Below, piece by piece: positions 13,464-26,134 of a DNA stretch of 64,000 nucleotides. The position numbers and the translations under genes are program-made. The notes below the pieces were generated by a model. That model made no database searches. It was given only the letters and a program-made list of their open reading frames with translations, and was not told the origin of the DNA. This DNA comes from Vicugna vicugna. Taxonomy: Eukaryota. Each line of letters opens with the position of its first letter. The stretch's first letter is position 1. Location: contig MU057801.1 of NCBI GenBank assembly GCA_013265495.1, forward strand, positions 806,001 to 870,000, in the 5' to 3' direction.

Positions 13464-13975
13464 TGTGGTACAGTCTCTAACAAAATTCTTTCCCTGGCCT
13501 TTTGCACCTGTCACTCTGCCATTGACAAGTGGCATTTATTTCTCCTCTCCTTACATCTGGGCTGACTTCGTGACTGCTTCGGTCAAAGGACTGTAATGGC
13601 AGGTGATGTTCTGGGACTTCTGTCCTGAACCTGAAAAGGCTTCGCAACTTCCGCTTCCTTCATGGAACACGGTCGCCATGCTGTGAGAAGCCCAAGCCAC
13701 ATGGAGGAGAGCCAGGATACTTAAGGCACCGGCCCAGCTTAGCCCCCAGTAACAGCCAGCATCAACCACCAGCCATGTGAGTTCTCCACTGTGGATATCC
13801 AGTTCAGAACAGCCCCCACATCATCAACCAGGATCCCAGCCAATATCACATGGAGGAGAAGAACCACCCAGCTGAGCCCCAGCAAACCCGCAGAATTGGA
13901 AAGATGATGTGATAGTTGTTTCTAAGGTACTAAGTCTGGGAGTGCTTTTCCTGCCATATGTAAGCAAAACAGACT
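13464..13975 (+). mobile_element. MaLR solo LTR (MLT1G/H-like)
   Basis: tgtggt start; gccatgctgtgagaagcccaagccacatggag; cagccagcatcaaccaccagccatgtgag; cccagctgagccccagcaaacccgcagaa. Confidence 0.8.
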
Positions 13976-15424
13976 CAATAAATTTCTCAGCTTCTCTAAT
14001 GAGTACTTTCCTTAGCCAACATGCAGGACTCCTAATACACTGAGACTCCAGAAGGCAAGGTGCCTGGAACACCCTCGTGGGGCACCAGTTCCTCAGTGAC
14101 TGGGTTCATGTTGATAATTCTCTATTCTTTGCAATGTAGCCCAGATCATCTCATCTATTTGTTGGTTACGTTCCACTTAGTGTTTTATTTTAAATTATGT
14201 GTAATATTTCTATAACTGTTTTTATTGACAAATCTCATGTACTCCAAAAACAAGCCCATATTTGTATCTTTTTTCCCTCCCCCGTTGCTCATTGCAAAGT
14301 ACACATGCAACATATACCGATGAATTGAAAGTTCATTTCCAAAGACTCCTTCATGCAGATAGGATTGTCTTTCAAGTCTAGCTCAAGGGACCAAGGGGCA
14401 ATATTTACCTTAATTCAGTCTTACGTGTAATAGGTTAATCATCGAATGTTTCCTTAAAAGATAAAACACAAAACTGCAAATACGTACAAAAATAATAAAA
14501 ATTTGTCAAGACAAAAGGAAACAGGAGTGAAAGTGGATAACAGCCAGTGACCTGTGTGTCAGAGCTTGGTTCAGAGAGGAATCAGAGACATGCTGTAATG
14601 CCAGCGTGCTTATTAATAAAAGCTTCAGGCACTGAATGTATTTTTCAGTGCTGTGGTTATATCTTTTGCTCACATGCCTCATGGTGGGGTTCGAGCTTGA
14701 AATGAGGCTGTGCACAACACAAATGAGGCCATCAGGTTTCCATGGGTCTGTCTGAGGCCATCGACATCCCCTGGAGCACAGCCTTTCCCGGAATCAAAAT
14801 ATGAATTAGAGGGTTATCATACTGTCAATATGGGAGTGTTAGGATTTTTGACGGGGCAGGATAAGGACTGAGACAGAAGGAGCAATAGTCAACTTAATCT
14901 AAATACTCAGCAGCTGCTTAAGAGATAGGGGATAATCCGGTTCTGCTGCAGTAAAAACCAGCATACCTTTGAGCTTATGAATTACAAGTAGGGATGGCTG
15001 AACCTGCTTGGTCGAATACCTGCCAAATCTTTAAGCCCAAACCTAATGCTTTGCTGGGGACCTTCTCTCCTCCCGTTGAGGATTAAGGTATTGCTTCTGA
15101 AGGCCCCAGAGTGTTCGAAAATCAAAGCTAATAGCTATCTCAGCATTTAAGGGGACCTTGGATTAAAGACAAATGGGGATTTAGGCAACATTAAGGGAAC
15201 CTCAGACAGATCCTTGTGCAGCCTGGAAAAAGTGACTGGAGTATACAGAGGCCCACGCCTGGGGTTCTGTAGCCAGAGAATTCCACTGATGGAACGAGCG
15301 TCCCAGGCAGCGTAAGACAGGGTAGCAGCAGCTCGTGCAGGTCATGTGCATGCTGCGGGTCAACAAGAAGCTTCTGGAAACCAGCACTGCCTTCCTGGGC
15401 GAGCAGGGTGGCCGGCGCTCTGCT

Positions 15425-15545
15425 CAGCCTGCTTCCACATTTGTAAGCACAGAAAATGATGATAGTTGTCTGTCTGCTTACCTCACAGGGTGCTATAAAG
15501 CTCGCTTGAGATGATGTATGAAAAAACGTGCTGGAAACAAGGTCT
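15425..15545 (+). mobile_element. MIR fragment
   Basis: cttacctcacagggtgctataaagctcgcttgagatgatgtatgaaaa. Confidence 0.55.
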
Positions 15546-15999
15546 GAAACATTGTAAAAATGTGAGTTTCAGGTATGATATCGACATAGAGAGGCATTAA
15601 CAAAAAGGGACATGTGGAACCACCTTGCAAATCAAATGAATAAATGAACGTGTGATTGACATCACGGTGAGGGGGTAGTAATGTGAGTCGTGGAAATTTG
15701 CACATGATTTTAAAGGAAACTGGATTGGTAAACTTTATCTTCTGGACAGTTGGAAAAGCTTTTTTGGAGAATTGGAATTTGGGGGCTGAAAAGGAAGGGA
15801 GGAAGGGCAGATGAATGGGTGAAACGGAGGGAGGGAGGGCAGATCCAATCAGCTAGAGTGAGGAGACATTTCAAGCACTGTGTACCAAGGTCAGGACAAG
15901 AGGGTGGGGAGAAGCAAAGGACAGGCTGGGGAGGATCAAAGGACAGGCTGGGGAGGAGCAGCAGCAAGAGGCTCCAGCTGGGAGCATACAGATGCCTTC

Positions 16000-16160
16000 A
16001 TCCTTTATCTCACTCAAGCTTCAGGAACCGCCCTACGAAGGAGGCGGTACCATCCCCACCTTATGGGGAACAAAACTGAGGCTCAGGGAGCCTTATCTGC
16101 TCGAGGCTGCCCGCTGGTAGATAGAAAGCAGATAAAAACTCAGGTCTTTCTGAAGCCAGA
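16000..16160 (-). mobile_element. MIR fragment
   Basis: catccccaccttatggggaacaaaactgaggctcagggag. Confidence 0.6.
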
Positions 16161-16354
16161 ACTTATGTTCTTTTTCTTGTGCCTTGGATAATGGGAGGTC
16201 CCAAAAGTCCCAGTGGGGGTGGGGTTAGGGGTCAGGCTGTGGGGTGAAGTGGGAAAAATATGGTCCAAGCAATGGGTAGAAAAAATTCTTCCTACCCTAC
16301 GATCTTATTTTTCTTTTGAGTGACCTAATTTTCTTCAAATTATTTTTTTAACCA

Positions 16355-16413
16355 TTTTTAAAGTTGAAGTATGGTTAATATACAATGTTGTATTAGTTTC
16401 AGGTGTACAGCAA
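16355..16413 (-). mobile_element. ~60-bp L1 3'-terminal stub
   Basis: ttgaagtatggttaatatacaatgttgtattagtttcaggtgtacagcaaa is the antisense extreme L1 3' end. Confidence 0.75.
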
Positions 16414-17264
16414 ATTATTTTAATATACTCATCTTCTAAATCATAGAACTTACCCATGTTTTGTTTTGTTTTCTTTCTCTCTCTCTGCAAGCAAAAAGAA
16501 AGAGAAGAGAATTGCCTTCAGGCTAACCTGCCCTTTTAAACACACAAGGAACAGCGTCTTAGCCCTCTCCTTCCCCACCCAAACCACCTCCTCTGGAAAT
16601 AAACACATCGCCAACGCCAGAGCTGCTGAACGACCAGAATTACAGGACAATCAGCAGCAGGAAATGATATTGCAAATACAGCTGCGGGCGTGATGCCGGC
16701 CTTGTCCAATTCCTCTTACAAAACTTCCTCTTACAAATATCCTGTCATAGCTGTGTGGTGACACAGATATTCGCCAGAATATCTCATAAGGGACAAAATA
16801 GCGAGCCCCTGGCTCTCATTATAATTAATTGGCTATAATTGAAGCTTTAAACAATCGGGATCATGATGTAATTCCAACACAGGCTTCCTTTGATGAAATC
16901 TTCCCTGGGCTGCAGGAAATACCTCAGTGGGGAAGGATGCATGTACCAGTCACACAAGATAGACCGAAATGACCAGTTCTAGTTTCTGCACCCATCTGCA
17001 GGCTCTTCTGCTGTAGCCCTGTTCTAAAGAGAACTCAATTAAAAGCTGATTTCCATGAAAAATAAGCACAAATCTTTCAAGAAGCACACAGTACATTATC
17101 ACTCAGGATGTAAAGCCACGCTTTCAGGATTGAGGGCTCTCTCCCTGCGATTTCTTCAGATCTGGTGTTTGGGATCCTTGGTGACTATCAACACTGATTG
17201 CTCTTTTTTTTCCCCTCTCCTTTCTTTCCAACCAGAAGTCAGGTTGTGAAAATACTCTCACCAT

Positions 17265-17385
17265 TATAGGAGTGAGACTGCCTAGGTTTGCATCCCAGCT
17301 TGGCCACTCCATTGCTGCTTTACTTGCAAGGTGATCTCATCTCTCTAAGTGGAAGTCTTCATCCTCAGAATGGGGACCATTGAGG
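17265..17385 (+). mobile_element. MIR fragment
   Basis: agactgcctaggtttgcatcccagct...cttcatcctcagaatgggga. Confidence 0.6.
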
Positions 17386-18337
17386 TCTCTGAGCTCAAGC
17401 TATCCTTGAACTCTATGAAGACGTACAATCTGTGGATCCGACTGAGCCTTTGCTGCCCCTCAACCCCACACACCTCTCCTTTCCCCTTTCCCCTGTCTAA
17501 TTCCGCAACCAGTCGGTGTCACCACTCCCTTGCACAGACCCTCAGCCTCCTTTTCCCTCCTTCTTTTCTCTTGGCAACACCATAACCCTGGTTAAGTCCA
17601 GTGTGCCACCAACTTTGTGCTTGCAGCCGGGCCACCGAATGTGGCTGGACAGGAGCATACCCACACTAATTGGAATCCCTTTAAATCCATGATTCTGAGC
17701 CTCGAGTGAGTTCCTAATGCCGCTCGGTAAGCCCACGCCCTGCCCTGCCCAGCCCACTCACTCTCCCACGAAGAAAATGGAGGCAAGCAGGCAAGAAATT
17801 ACCTGCGTTTATCCTGTGTTCATCCACTTTCCTGAATCCATGCCCTTCCCTTCTGTGACTGTGAGTGAACCGTCCATGCTGCAGCTAAGCCGTCTGCTCC
17901 ACCTGTGCAGGGAGACACAAATGCCAGACCCTCTTATCTCTGTGGAACTGGCTCCAGCAGTGTTCTCCTTCCTCTGTTCGTCATCCATCTCCCCCTTTTT
18001 ACTGGCTCCTTCCCACCCACACATGTTCTCTCAGCTCCCATATCCACCAAAGCCCCCACCGACCCCACTTTTCTCTCCAGCCACTGCCCCATTTCACAAA
18101 CCCACTTTTTAGCAAAACTCCTTGAACGAGTTGTCATTATCCGCCATCTACAGTTCAATCCCAATTCTTTCTTAAACCCACTCCATTTCAGCCCTGAGCT
18201 CACCACCTTTCAAGGTTTCCCGTGCGTTTTACAGGATCAGCCCAGCGATCAGTTCTCAGCCATCCTTTTAGTTTGCCTACAGCAGCCTTTGACATGAGGG
18301 AGAACTTGCTTCTCTTTGAGAGTCTGTCTTCACTTGA

Positions 18338-18852
18338 TGTTCCCGTTGCTAGTACAGTGTAACAGATTATCTCGAAATTTAAAAGCTTACAACAATGCAC
18401 ACAATTATTTTTCTCAGGAATCTGCACACTGGACAGGGCTTGGTGGGGACAATTGGTTTCTATTTCACTCCGTATCAGCTGGGGGGCCTCAGCGGCCAAG
18501 GGCTGGAATCGGCTGAGGTTCCTTCTCTCACGTGCCTGGTTCCCCGGGCGGGGAAGACACTGAGGGGCTGGTGCGCTTGGGGTGCTCGGGAGTCTCTCTG
18601 TCTCTGTTTCTCTCTGTCTGTGGTCTCCCCAGCATTGCAGCATCCCCAGTAGAGTAGACAGTTTCTTTACATCCTTGGACCTTGCAAGTATCCCAAGAGA
18701 GGGGGCCAGGCAAAAACTGTATCACCTTGCCTTTTACCATCGAGCCTTGGGAGTCACAGTTTCATGCCCCACCTCCCAACAGAGCGGTATTAGCAGCACG
18801 TTGTAAAGGGAGGTAGTGCCGGGGCCGTCTTTAAAAATGACACTGCACCGCA
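18338..18852 (-). mobile_element. MaLR solo LTR (MLT1E/F-like)
   Basis: TG...CA termini; 5-bp TSD cttga (18333-18337) / cttgg (18853-18857); antisense MLT1 start tgtaacagattatctcgaaatttaaaagcttacaacaa. Confidence 0.8.
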
Positions 18853-19076
18853 CTTGGCTCCTAGGACCCTACATGCTCCCGGGCCTCCTCCTGTCTCAGC
18901 GGCCGCTCCTCCTCACCCAGGTCCTCTTGTTCCTCTGCATCATCTCCACTCCTTATACTTGGAGACCCCAGAGCTCTGCGCTTGGATGTCTTCATTTTTT
19001 TATTTTCTTCTCTTTCTTGGTGATCTCGAAGAGTCTCATGGCTTTCCATATTAACTATATTGTAACAACTCAAATT

Positions 19077-19580
19077 AAAAAAAAATCGTATTGAAGTGTA
19101 GTTGATTTACAATGTTGTGTTAATTTCAGCTGTTACAGCAAAGCGATTCAGTTATACACACATATATGTCCTTTTTCAGATTCTTTTCCATTCTAGGCTA
19201 TTACAAGGTACTGAATATAGTTCCCTGTGCTGGGCAGTTGGACCTTGTTGTTTATCTACTTTATATATAGTAGTGTGTGTCTGTTAATTTCAACCCCTAA
19301 ATTATCCCTCCCCCCTTCCCCCTTTGCTAACCACAGTTTGTTTCCTATGTCTGTGAGTCTGTTTCCGGTTTGTGAATAAGTTCATTTGTATCTTTTTTTC
19401 TTTAGATTCCACATATAAGTGATATCATATGATATTGTCTTTCTCTGTCTGACTTACCGTGATGTGATGCTCTCTAGGTCTACCCATGTTGCTGCAAATG
19501 GCATTATCTCATTCCTCTTATGCTGAGTAATAAATGCCGCATTGTACACATACACCATTTTTTATCCATTCATCAGTCAG
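19077..19580 (-). mobile_element. L1 3' stub (~500 bp)
   Basis: attgaagtgtagttgatttacaatgttgtg...tagattccacatataagtgatatc; candidate TSD actcaaat at 19068-19075 and 19583-19590. Confidence 0.92.
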
Positions 19581-21249
19581 TGACTCAAATGTGTATGTCG
19601 AGACTGAACCTCTCCCGTGTGTCTCCTCTTGGATGTCTAACTGGCATCTCAAACATAATGTATCAAAGACAGAACTCCAGATCCCCCCACCCCGATGTGC
19701 TCCTGTCACGGCGCTCCCCACATGCTGATGGCAACCCCTTCACCAGGCGATCAGACTCAAGCCCGACCTCCGACTGGCTGTCTTCTGTCACGCCCCGCAT
19801 CGACTCGTTAGCAAACTCTGTTGGCTTTGCCTTCAAAACTCATCCAGAATCTGACAACTTTTTATATCTTACATCTACTGTTCTGTTCCAAGCCACCTAC
19901 GCTCCTAACTTTCTCTGGCTTGATGCTAGAACTCTTTGTTGCTGCTCTGCATTCTGCCATCATTTCTACGGTCCAGCTGAGAACAATGGAGAAAGCATGA
20001 CCGCGCAGTGTGTATGTTTCATAGCTGTTCTGGTGGCCTTGATGTGGGTTGCCTTTGCAGTCCCAAGCTGCCTCCAGGGGCTTGCAGCAAGGTGAACATC
20101 AGTGCCCCTCACCTGGTGCCCTGAGGCTGACATGGCTAGAGGCGGGTGGTCAAGGTTGTGTCCTGGGTGAGCAAAACCAGGACATTCTATTGCAGGGACT
20201 TTTAGCCAAATTCTGCACATGAGCCCATTTGGGAATCTGGTAGAAGACACAGACACCCTCCCCACAAAAGTCAGGTACATCATAGGAGAAGGACTTGAGG
20301 AGATCCAGAGCAGGGATCTGGCAGCTGTTCCTGAATTCCTATAAACAAAGCGCATGGGTGGAGACCCAGCTCCGTCAAGACCAAGCACTGGGGGCCACTT
20401 ATTGAGTCAGTCATTCCCAGGCTTTGACGTCACTGTCACCCCATATTCATGGCCAGGGGTCGGAAACAGGGAACAAGAATGGTCCCCTGAATGATCAAGA
20501 ACTCACTCTTCAGAAAAGTAGTTTGTAGTAGTGTTAATGACTCAACTAACTAGTTTTGTTTTAATCCTTGAGCTGTGAGGGAAAAAGCAATATATTGAGG
20601 AGGATGGCCCTGGTTCTGTGTGCTGTCTTTAAGCGTGCTACATCTGTAACCTCCTGGATTTAACAGTTACTTGATTAGCTGATTATTTTAAAACATATTG
20701 ACAAAAATAGAACCTGAATTATTTACACTAACACATCCAATTATTCCCCTGCTATTATTCCAGGATTTTAAAAGGAAGTACAAAAATAACAATTCTCTTT
20801 TGACGTGAGAAATTGCAAACAAGATTGTTGAAGAAGATCTCCTGGGCTTAGTAAAGCACAAATTGGCAGCCAGTCATCTGTCGTAAGGAATACTGTGAAT
20901 CCAGGATCAGTCCTTATGAGTGAGTGTTGAAGTATTTTTCACCATCACGTACGCAATTATGCACACGGAGTGAAAACTGGGGCACAAGGTCTAGTTTGCT
21001 TCTTTACTGTGTATATTTTAAATGCACAGGAAGCGAGGATTTGCCGTGTATTTCAGCCAGCCACGCTGTTTGGTAATGGCCCGGGGCTTGCAAGACCTGA
21101 TTGGAAGGATCTGTGTTTCTGCCCCACCCGCCAGAGGTAAAGTAGGCAGTTTATGGTTCCAGCGTTTTCGCACCAAAGGCCTTTTTGGAGTCTATGCAAT
21201 TTACTGTGCAGGTGCGTGCGATTCGGCACTAACATCAAGATGATAGCCC

Positions 21250-21495
21250 AGAGTTTGGGATTTGCAGATGTTTGCCACTATGCATAAAAATAGATTTAAA
21301 AAATCCAAAAAACAAAAACAAGTTTCTTCTGTCTAGCACAGGGAACTATGCTCACTATCTTGTAATAACCATTAATCAAAAAAATATGAAAATGATTATG
21401 TGTATGTATAAGCATGACAGGGACAGTGTGCTGCACACCAGAAATTGACACATTGTAACTGGCTGTACTTCAATTATATATATAAAAAAAAAAAG
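21250..21495 (+). mobile_element. L1 3' UTR stub with poly(A)
   Basis: gagtttgggatttgcaga...tagcacagggaactat...gtacttcaat plus A tail; degenerate TSD aagatgatagc / aagttgacagc. Confidence 0.9.
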
Positions 21496-21694
21496 AAGTT
21501 GACAGCTGAACGTGTGAAAGGGAGGGGTTGGGGGCGGGGAGTGAGAACTGAATTTTTGTGAGCGTGAAAAGAGAACGGAGATAATGCAGTCATGCTGAGC
21601 CAGCGTCTCCCAGGCCCCTCCCACTGTCAGTAATGATGCCGCATTTGTGAAACCCAAGTTGCAGATGACAGATAAGGGTTTTGAGGTCATGTCT

Positions 21695-22030
21695 CCGTTC
21701 AGAAACAATCTTAAGATGAAGATTTATGTGAAAGTGGTTTATTAAGGTGGTCTCCTGGGGGGATACCCTAAGGACGTGGAGACACGTGGGGAGACGGGAG
21801 GAGGAAGCAAGGATGCCAGGCGAGGACGCAGGGGTTGGCAAAGTCCTGCAGGAGCTGACTTCAGCTGGGGCCCACAGGGAGCTCTGGACGGTAAGTTGAA
21901 CCTCAGAATTTGTTCCAACCTGAGAGAGGGAGCTGGGATTTCAAAGTCCCATACCCAACAGTCACTGGAGGGGAGTCCCTCCCAGCTTTCCAGGATGCCT
22001 GCACGTCGGAGCAAAATGTTTCCAGTAGCG
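21695..22030 (-). mobile_element. ERVL LTR fragment (LTR16-like)
   Basis: aagatgaagatttatgtgaaagtggtttattaagg (AATAAA on minus strand) and cccacagggagctctgga. Confidence 0.45.
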
Positions 22031-22877
22031 AGAGAATATGGCCCAGGTTGCTGGAAGAAGAAATTCACCAAAGTTTGAGGGTTCTGTGGGGAGTAGTGGG
22101 GCTGGCACATAAACCATGAGAAGAAAAGACCTCGGGGCAGAGGGTCCATGGTCACCTCAGCCTCTGGGAGCCCAACTCTGTGGCTTAGGAGGATGGGGGC
22201 TCGTCCAAGCCAAGTGGTAGAGTTCGTCCAAAAATGACCACGAGCGAGCATTTTTATGATCTCTATAGAGAGAGTAAGCTGCTTACTCAGTTCTGGGCTC
22301 CATGGTGTGATTTTATCAGTCACTTCCTGGTTTTCTTGTCTGTCTGAGCTTTATCTAGTGCCAGATCTCTAGGGCAGAAGTTAAAAAAAAATAAATAAAC
22401 TGAAAACAGTGATTGTGCCTGCAACTGAAAATAAACTAAAACTGTTCAGCATGCTCTGTGCACAGGACCTGTTAACAAGTGTTCTTGGCTTACTGGTAAT
22501 CTGGGGACTTGATACTTCTTTTCTTTCAAATGGATGGCTGCAAAAGAAATTACAGTAGTTACAGCTTCAAGATTAATGTAATAATTTGTCAACATTTTTT
22601 TCCATCCAACAGCCAGCAGAACACAACAACCAATAGATTCATTTTTAGCAACACAGTTGATGTTTTGCAGAAAAATGTTTAAAAATCTGAAAACATATTC
22701 AAGGGAAAATGTTAATCAACCTGTTCCTCACAAGATACTTTCAGAGCAAATATGTACAAGCAAATGTTACAGGATAATTATTTGTAGTGAGATATGGACA
22801 TTGTGGACAATAAGGTAATGAAAATACATATATCATAGAACATTCTATATGACCCAAAGCATTAATATCAAAAAGAA

Positions 22878-23016
22878 CTAGCACAGGAAACTGTATTTAA
22901 TATCTTGTAATAACCTTTAATGAATAAGAATATGAAAACAAATATGCGTATGTATGTGCATGGCTGGGACACTGTGCTGTAACCAGAAACTGACACATTG
23001 TAACTGACTGTACTTC
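22878..23016 (+). mobile_element. ~140-bp L1 3' stub
   Basis: tagcacaggaaactgtatttaatatcttgtaataacc...gtacttca; flanked by tcaaaaagaa at 22868-22877 and 23015-23024. Confidence 0.88.
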
Positions 23017-23290
23017 AAAAAGAATCAGATAACTTGGACAGTGAGATTGCTTTCTGTATGGCTGAGAAATAAATCAGGTTTAGTAAAGATTATGCCTCTT
23101 CATCCTGAGGTTCTTATAAAACAAATTGGTTTATTAATTACCTAAAACAATTGTTTCGTAAATGTTGATCAAACTGTTTGTGGATCATCTTTCTTTGTTT
23201 CCTTAGTTCCTTAAAATAGTACAGAATAATGTCAGATTATAGACGGATTATTTGCAAAATAGTCACCTTGAGCTGCCATTGTGTCCAGGT

Positions 23291-23322
23291 GTTTTTTGTT
23301 TTGTTTTGTTTTGTTTTGTTTT
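23291..23322. repeat. (GTTTT)n simple repeat
   Basis: Read directly. Confidence 0.9.
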
Positions 23323-23344
23323 CGCTTAACTCTTTAAAAATTAT

Positions 23345-23630
23345 TTTACTTTATTTTTTAGTTATAACTCATACAGCAAAGGACAAAAATATCAAGCATA
23401 CAGCTTGATAAATAAAATTTTACACATCAGTGCCAGTGAAACCACCAACATATGGGATATTTTGAGTGCTCAGAAGACTATTTCGTGTCCTTTCTTAGGA
23501 GCGGCTGAAAGTACTCTCGCTTACATCGGCGTGGGCTGGTTTTGTCTGTTTGCTAACTTCAGAATATAGCCTTTGTGTTTGATTCCTTTTGCCTAACATA
23601 ATGTCTGTGAAGTCCATGTTGGTGTGTTTC
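23345..23630 (-). mobile_element. Old L1M 3' fragment
   Basis: ataactcatacagcaaaggacaaaaatatcaagcatacagcttgataaat resembles antisense L1MC/ME end. Confidence 0.55.
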
Positions 23631-23965
23631 TCACTTTTTTAACTATATAATTTACTCTTAAAGAACACAAAAAAACCTGGATAATGAAGGCTCATTTTTG
23701 TGTGAGACAAATTGTAGAGTTAAAATTAAGCTAAAACGTCATGCTTTCATTTTCTGGCTCTAAAAGCCCCAGCATCTCAAGTCATCAAAGGAAACATAAT
23801 GTTTTGAGATACCGTGTAAATTTTCAATAATTCTACTTGTAATTTCAGTAGGGTTCTCTATTCATAAATTCTTAAGTCAGAGAGCAGGTCCACTTCTGAA
23901 CTAGAAGACAGATGAAAAGCTACGTGGCAGGTAACATTTTCATCACATAAATTGACTGACTTCTT

Positions 23966-24200
23966 AAGGGAAAGGGGTGGGAAGGGATAAATTGGGAGTT
24001 TGGGATTTGCAGATACTAACTACTATTTATAAAATACATAAGCAACAAGGTGCTACTGTATAGCACAGGGAACTATAGACAGTATCTTGTAATGGCCTAT
24101 AATGAAAAAGAACATGAAAAAATGTATATATAACTGAATCACTATGCTGTACACCAGAAATCAACACAACATTGTAAGCTGACTCTACTTCAATAAAAAA
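23966..24200 (+). mobile_element. L1 3' UTR stub with poly(A)
   Basis: gggaagggataaattgggagtttggg...acttcaataaaaaaaaa; 17-bp TSD aaattgactgacttctt (23949-23965) / aaattcactgtcgtctt (24201-24217), 3 mismatches. Confidence 0.93.
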
Positions 24201-25479
24201 AAATTCACTGTCGTCTTGAGGCCGTAAGTGCCAATTAAACTTCCGTCTCATTTAATAAGCAATGCCCACAAGTTGATGTCTGAACAGCTATTTCCTATCC
24301 CGGCAACTCAGATGCAACTGATTAAAGAATAAGTGTCTTCCTTGGATGGTCGTAGAGGTGTTCATCTGTTGTGAGGCAGAGAAGGACCTGAGGTTCTTAA
24401 TAAACGATCCGAGGCCAAGACCTGCAAGCACAGATAAGGAACACAAAAGTGCTGAACAAGGTCACCCAGGGTGAGCCAGCAATCTGCAGAGAAGCTGGCT
24501 GGGGCAGCCGGCCCTCGGCTTTCCCTTTGGCTCCCTATCTTTTGGCAGCACTTCCTGGCATTGAATTTCTCCGGATGGCATGGCTCGTAGCAAAAACCCT
24601 CCAAATGACTGCAGAAACTCAGCCTTTAACTGAAGTTCAAAGAACAGTCTTCACAAACACAGCATCAAAATAACTTATTAATCAGCTAATGCATTCTGAT
24701 CACACCGACTAGGGAATAAGGGGCAGGACCTCAACTCAAGCTAGTTCCAGCAGAACCTGCACACATGCAGGAGGGTTTCTGGAAGGGGGGTAGCCAGAAG
24801 TGAACTTGCAGGAGCGTAGCGGGAGCATGCTTTAGATGTTTATAGCTGCTGGTACATTTTGCAACAGTGCTTTGGGTAACTTCTGTTCCCCCTTCCTTCA
24901 TATCTGGTTAGCACACAGAGCTGGCCCTCGGCCGTACCCTACCGTTGGTGACTTCTGTGCCACCTTGTGCTTTATGCCACATCTTCCCCAACGCACCTGC
25001 CCTGCATCTCTCCAGGAGGAGGATGGAGCATCTGAAACCCGGGGTAGCCACATTATTCCTTGTTTGCTGGGGCACTTCCTGAATGAAACAGGAACATACT
25101 TACAGGTGTCAAAATAAGATTCACCCAGGAGCAGTTTTTAGTTGAGATCTTATTCTAACCTAGAAACCTTCGGCCATGGATTGTAAACCCAAAAGCCAGT
25201 GGGGGCTGTATAGAACCACGGGAAGTGGCGGGGACCTGCGGGGACCTGGCCCGCCCATCCTGATAAAAATGGCAGGAGCTACTCAATGAGTAAGTCAACA
25301 GTTTTCAAAATACACAATCTAGGGGCAGAAAGAAACTGAACAGACTGTTCCAGCAAACCTCTCTTTTCCAGATGAGGACAATGAGGTTCAGAAAGGTTAT
25401 TTATCTTCTCAATGGCACAGCCATGAGTGACGGAGTCCCGAGCTTCTGGTAACTGTGTTCTCCCCCCGACACTGCAGCA

Positions 25480-25938
25480 CTTGTGTGCGCTGGGCTACCC
25501 CTTTGCTTTGCCTCCATCCCCTGCAGAGCCATCCCTCTCTCCTGTTCTCCTGCTCTGAGCCCTGGGTTACCTCATCTGGGCTCCCTTGTCTTCTGGACTC
25601 TGGCTGGATTTGGCCCGTGGCCGGCACGAGCCAGGGAGTGGCAGGCAAGTGAAGAGAGAGGTCAGGGCGTCTCGTCCCCGTTCCCCTCTGCTCTGGGCAG
25701 CGCTCCCTGGCAGCGGTTGTGCCCTCCGCAGCTGCAGTTTCTGCCAAAAGGCCCTCCTCCCTGGGGCGTTCTCACTGGGCCCCTGGGACCCTGGTCCTTC
25801 CCTTTGTCCCTTTAGGTCTTGCTCCATTGCGGTGGGTCCTGGGGTGCTTCTTGGTCTCCAGGAGACCCTGCGTGTGCTACTGTAGAAGTTCCTTCATGAA
25901 TCTACCTAAGTCAGACTATTTCCTGCCAGAAAAGTGAT
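25480..25938 (+). mobile_element. ERVL LTR (LTR33-like)
   Basis: gggctcccttgtcttctggactctggctggatttggcc...gaagagagaggtcaggg...ccctttgtccctttagg resembles recalled LTR33. Confidence 0.6.
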
Positions 25939-26134
25939 ATCCACTTGTGTTTGAATACCTGGCTGAAAAGCTAAGAAAGGGTGAAAATCGGCTTTGCATT
26001 TTTATTTTTAGTGGAAAATGTGTCTTCTTCTTTGTTTTATATTCCACAAGCAAACACTCCTTTGATATATTAAAAATCTATCCCCCAGGGTATATCCAAA
26101 AGGTCCATGAACATACAGGACATGCTGGGTTGAA

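Larger units (their letters stand above)
17800..19900 (+). mobile_element. L2 LINE interrupted by an MLT1 LTR and an L1 stub
   Basis: L2-like segments ~17800-18337, 18853-19076 and 19581-19900 (ttggatgtctaactggcatctcaaacataat) join colinearly across the two insertions. Confidence 0.7.
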
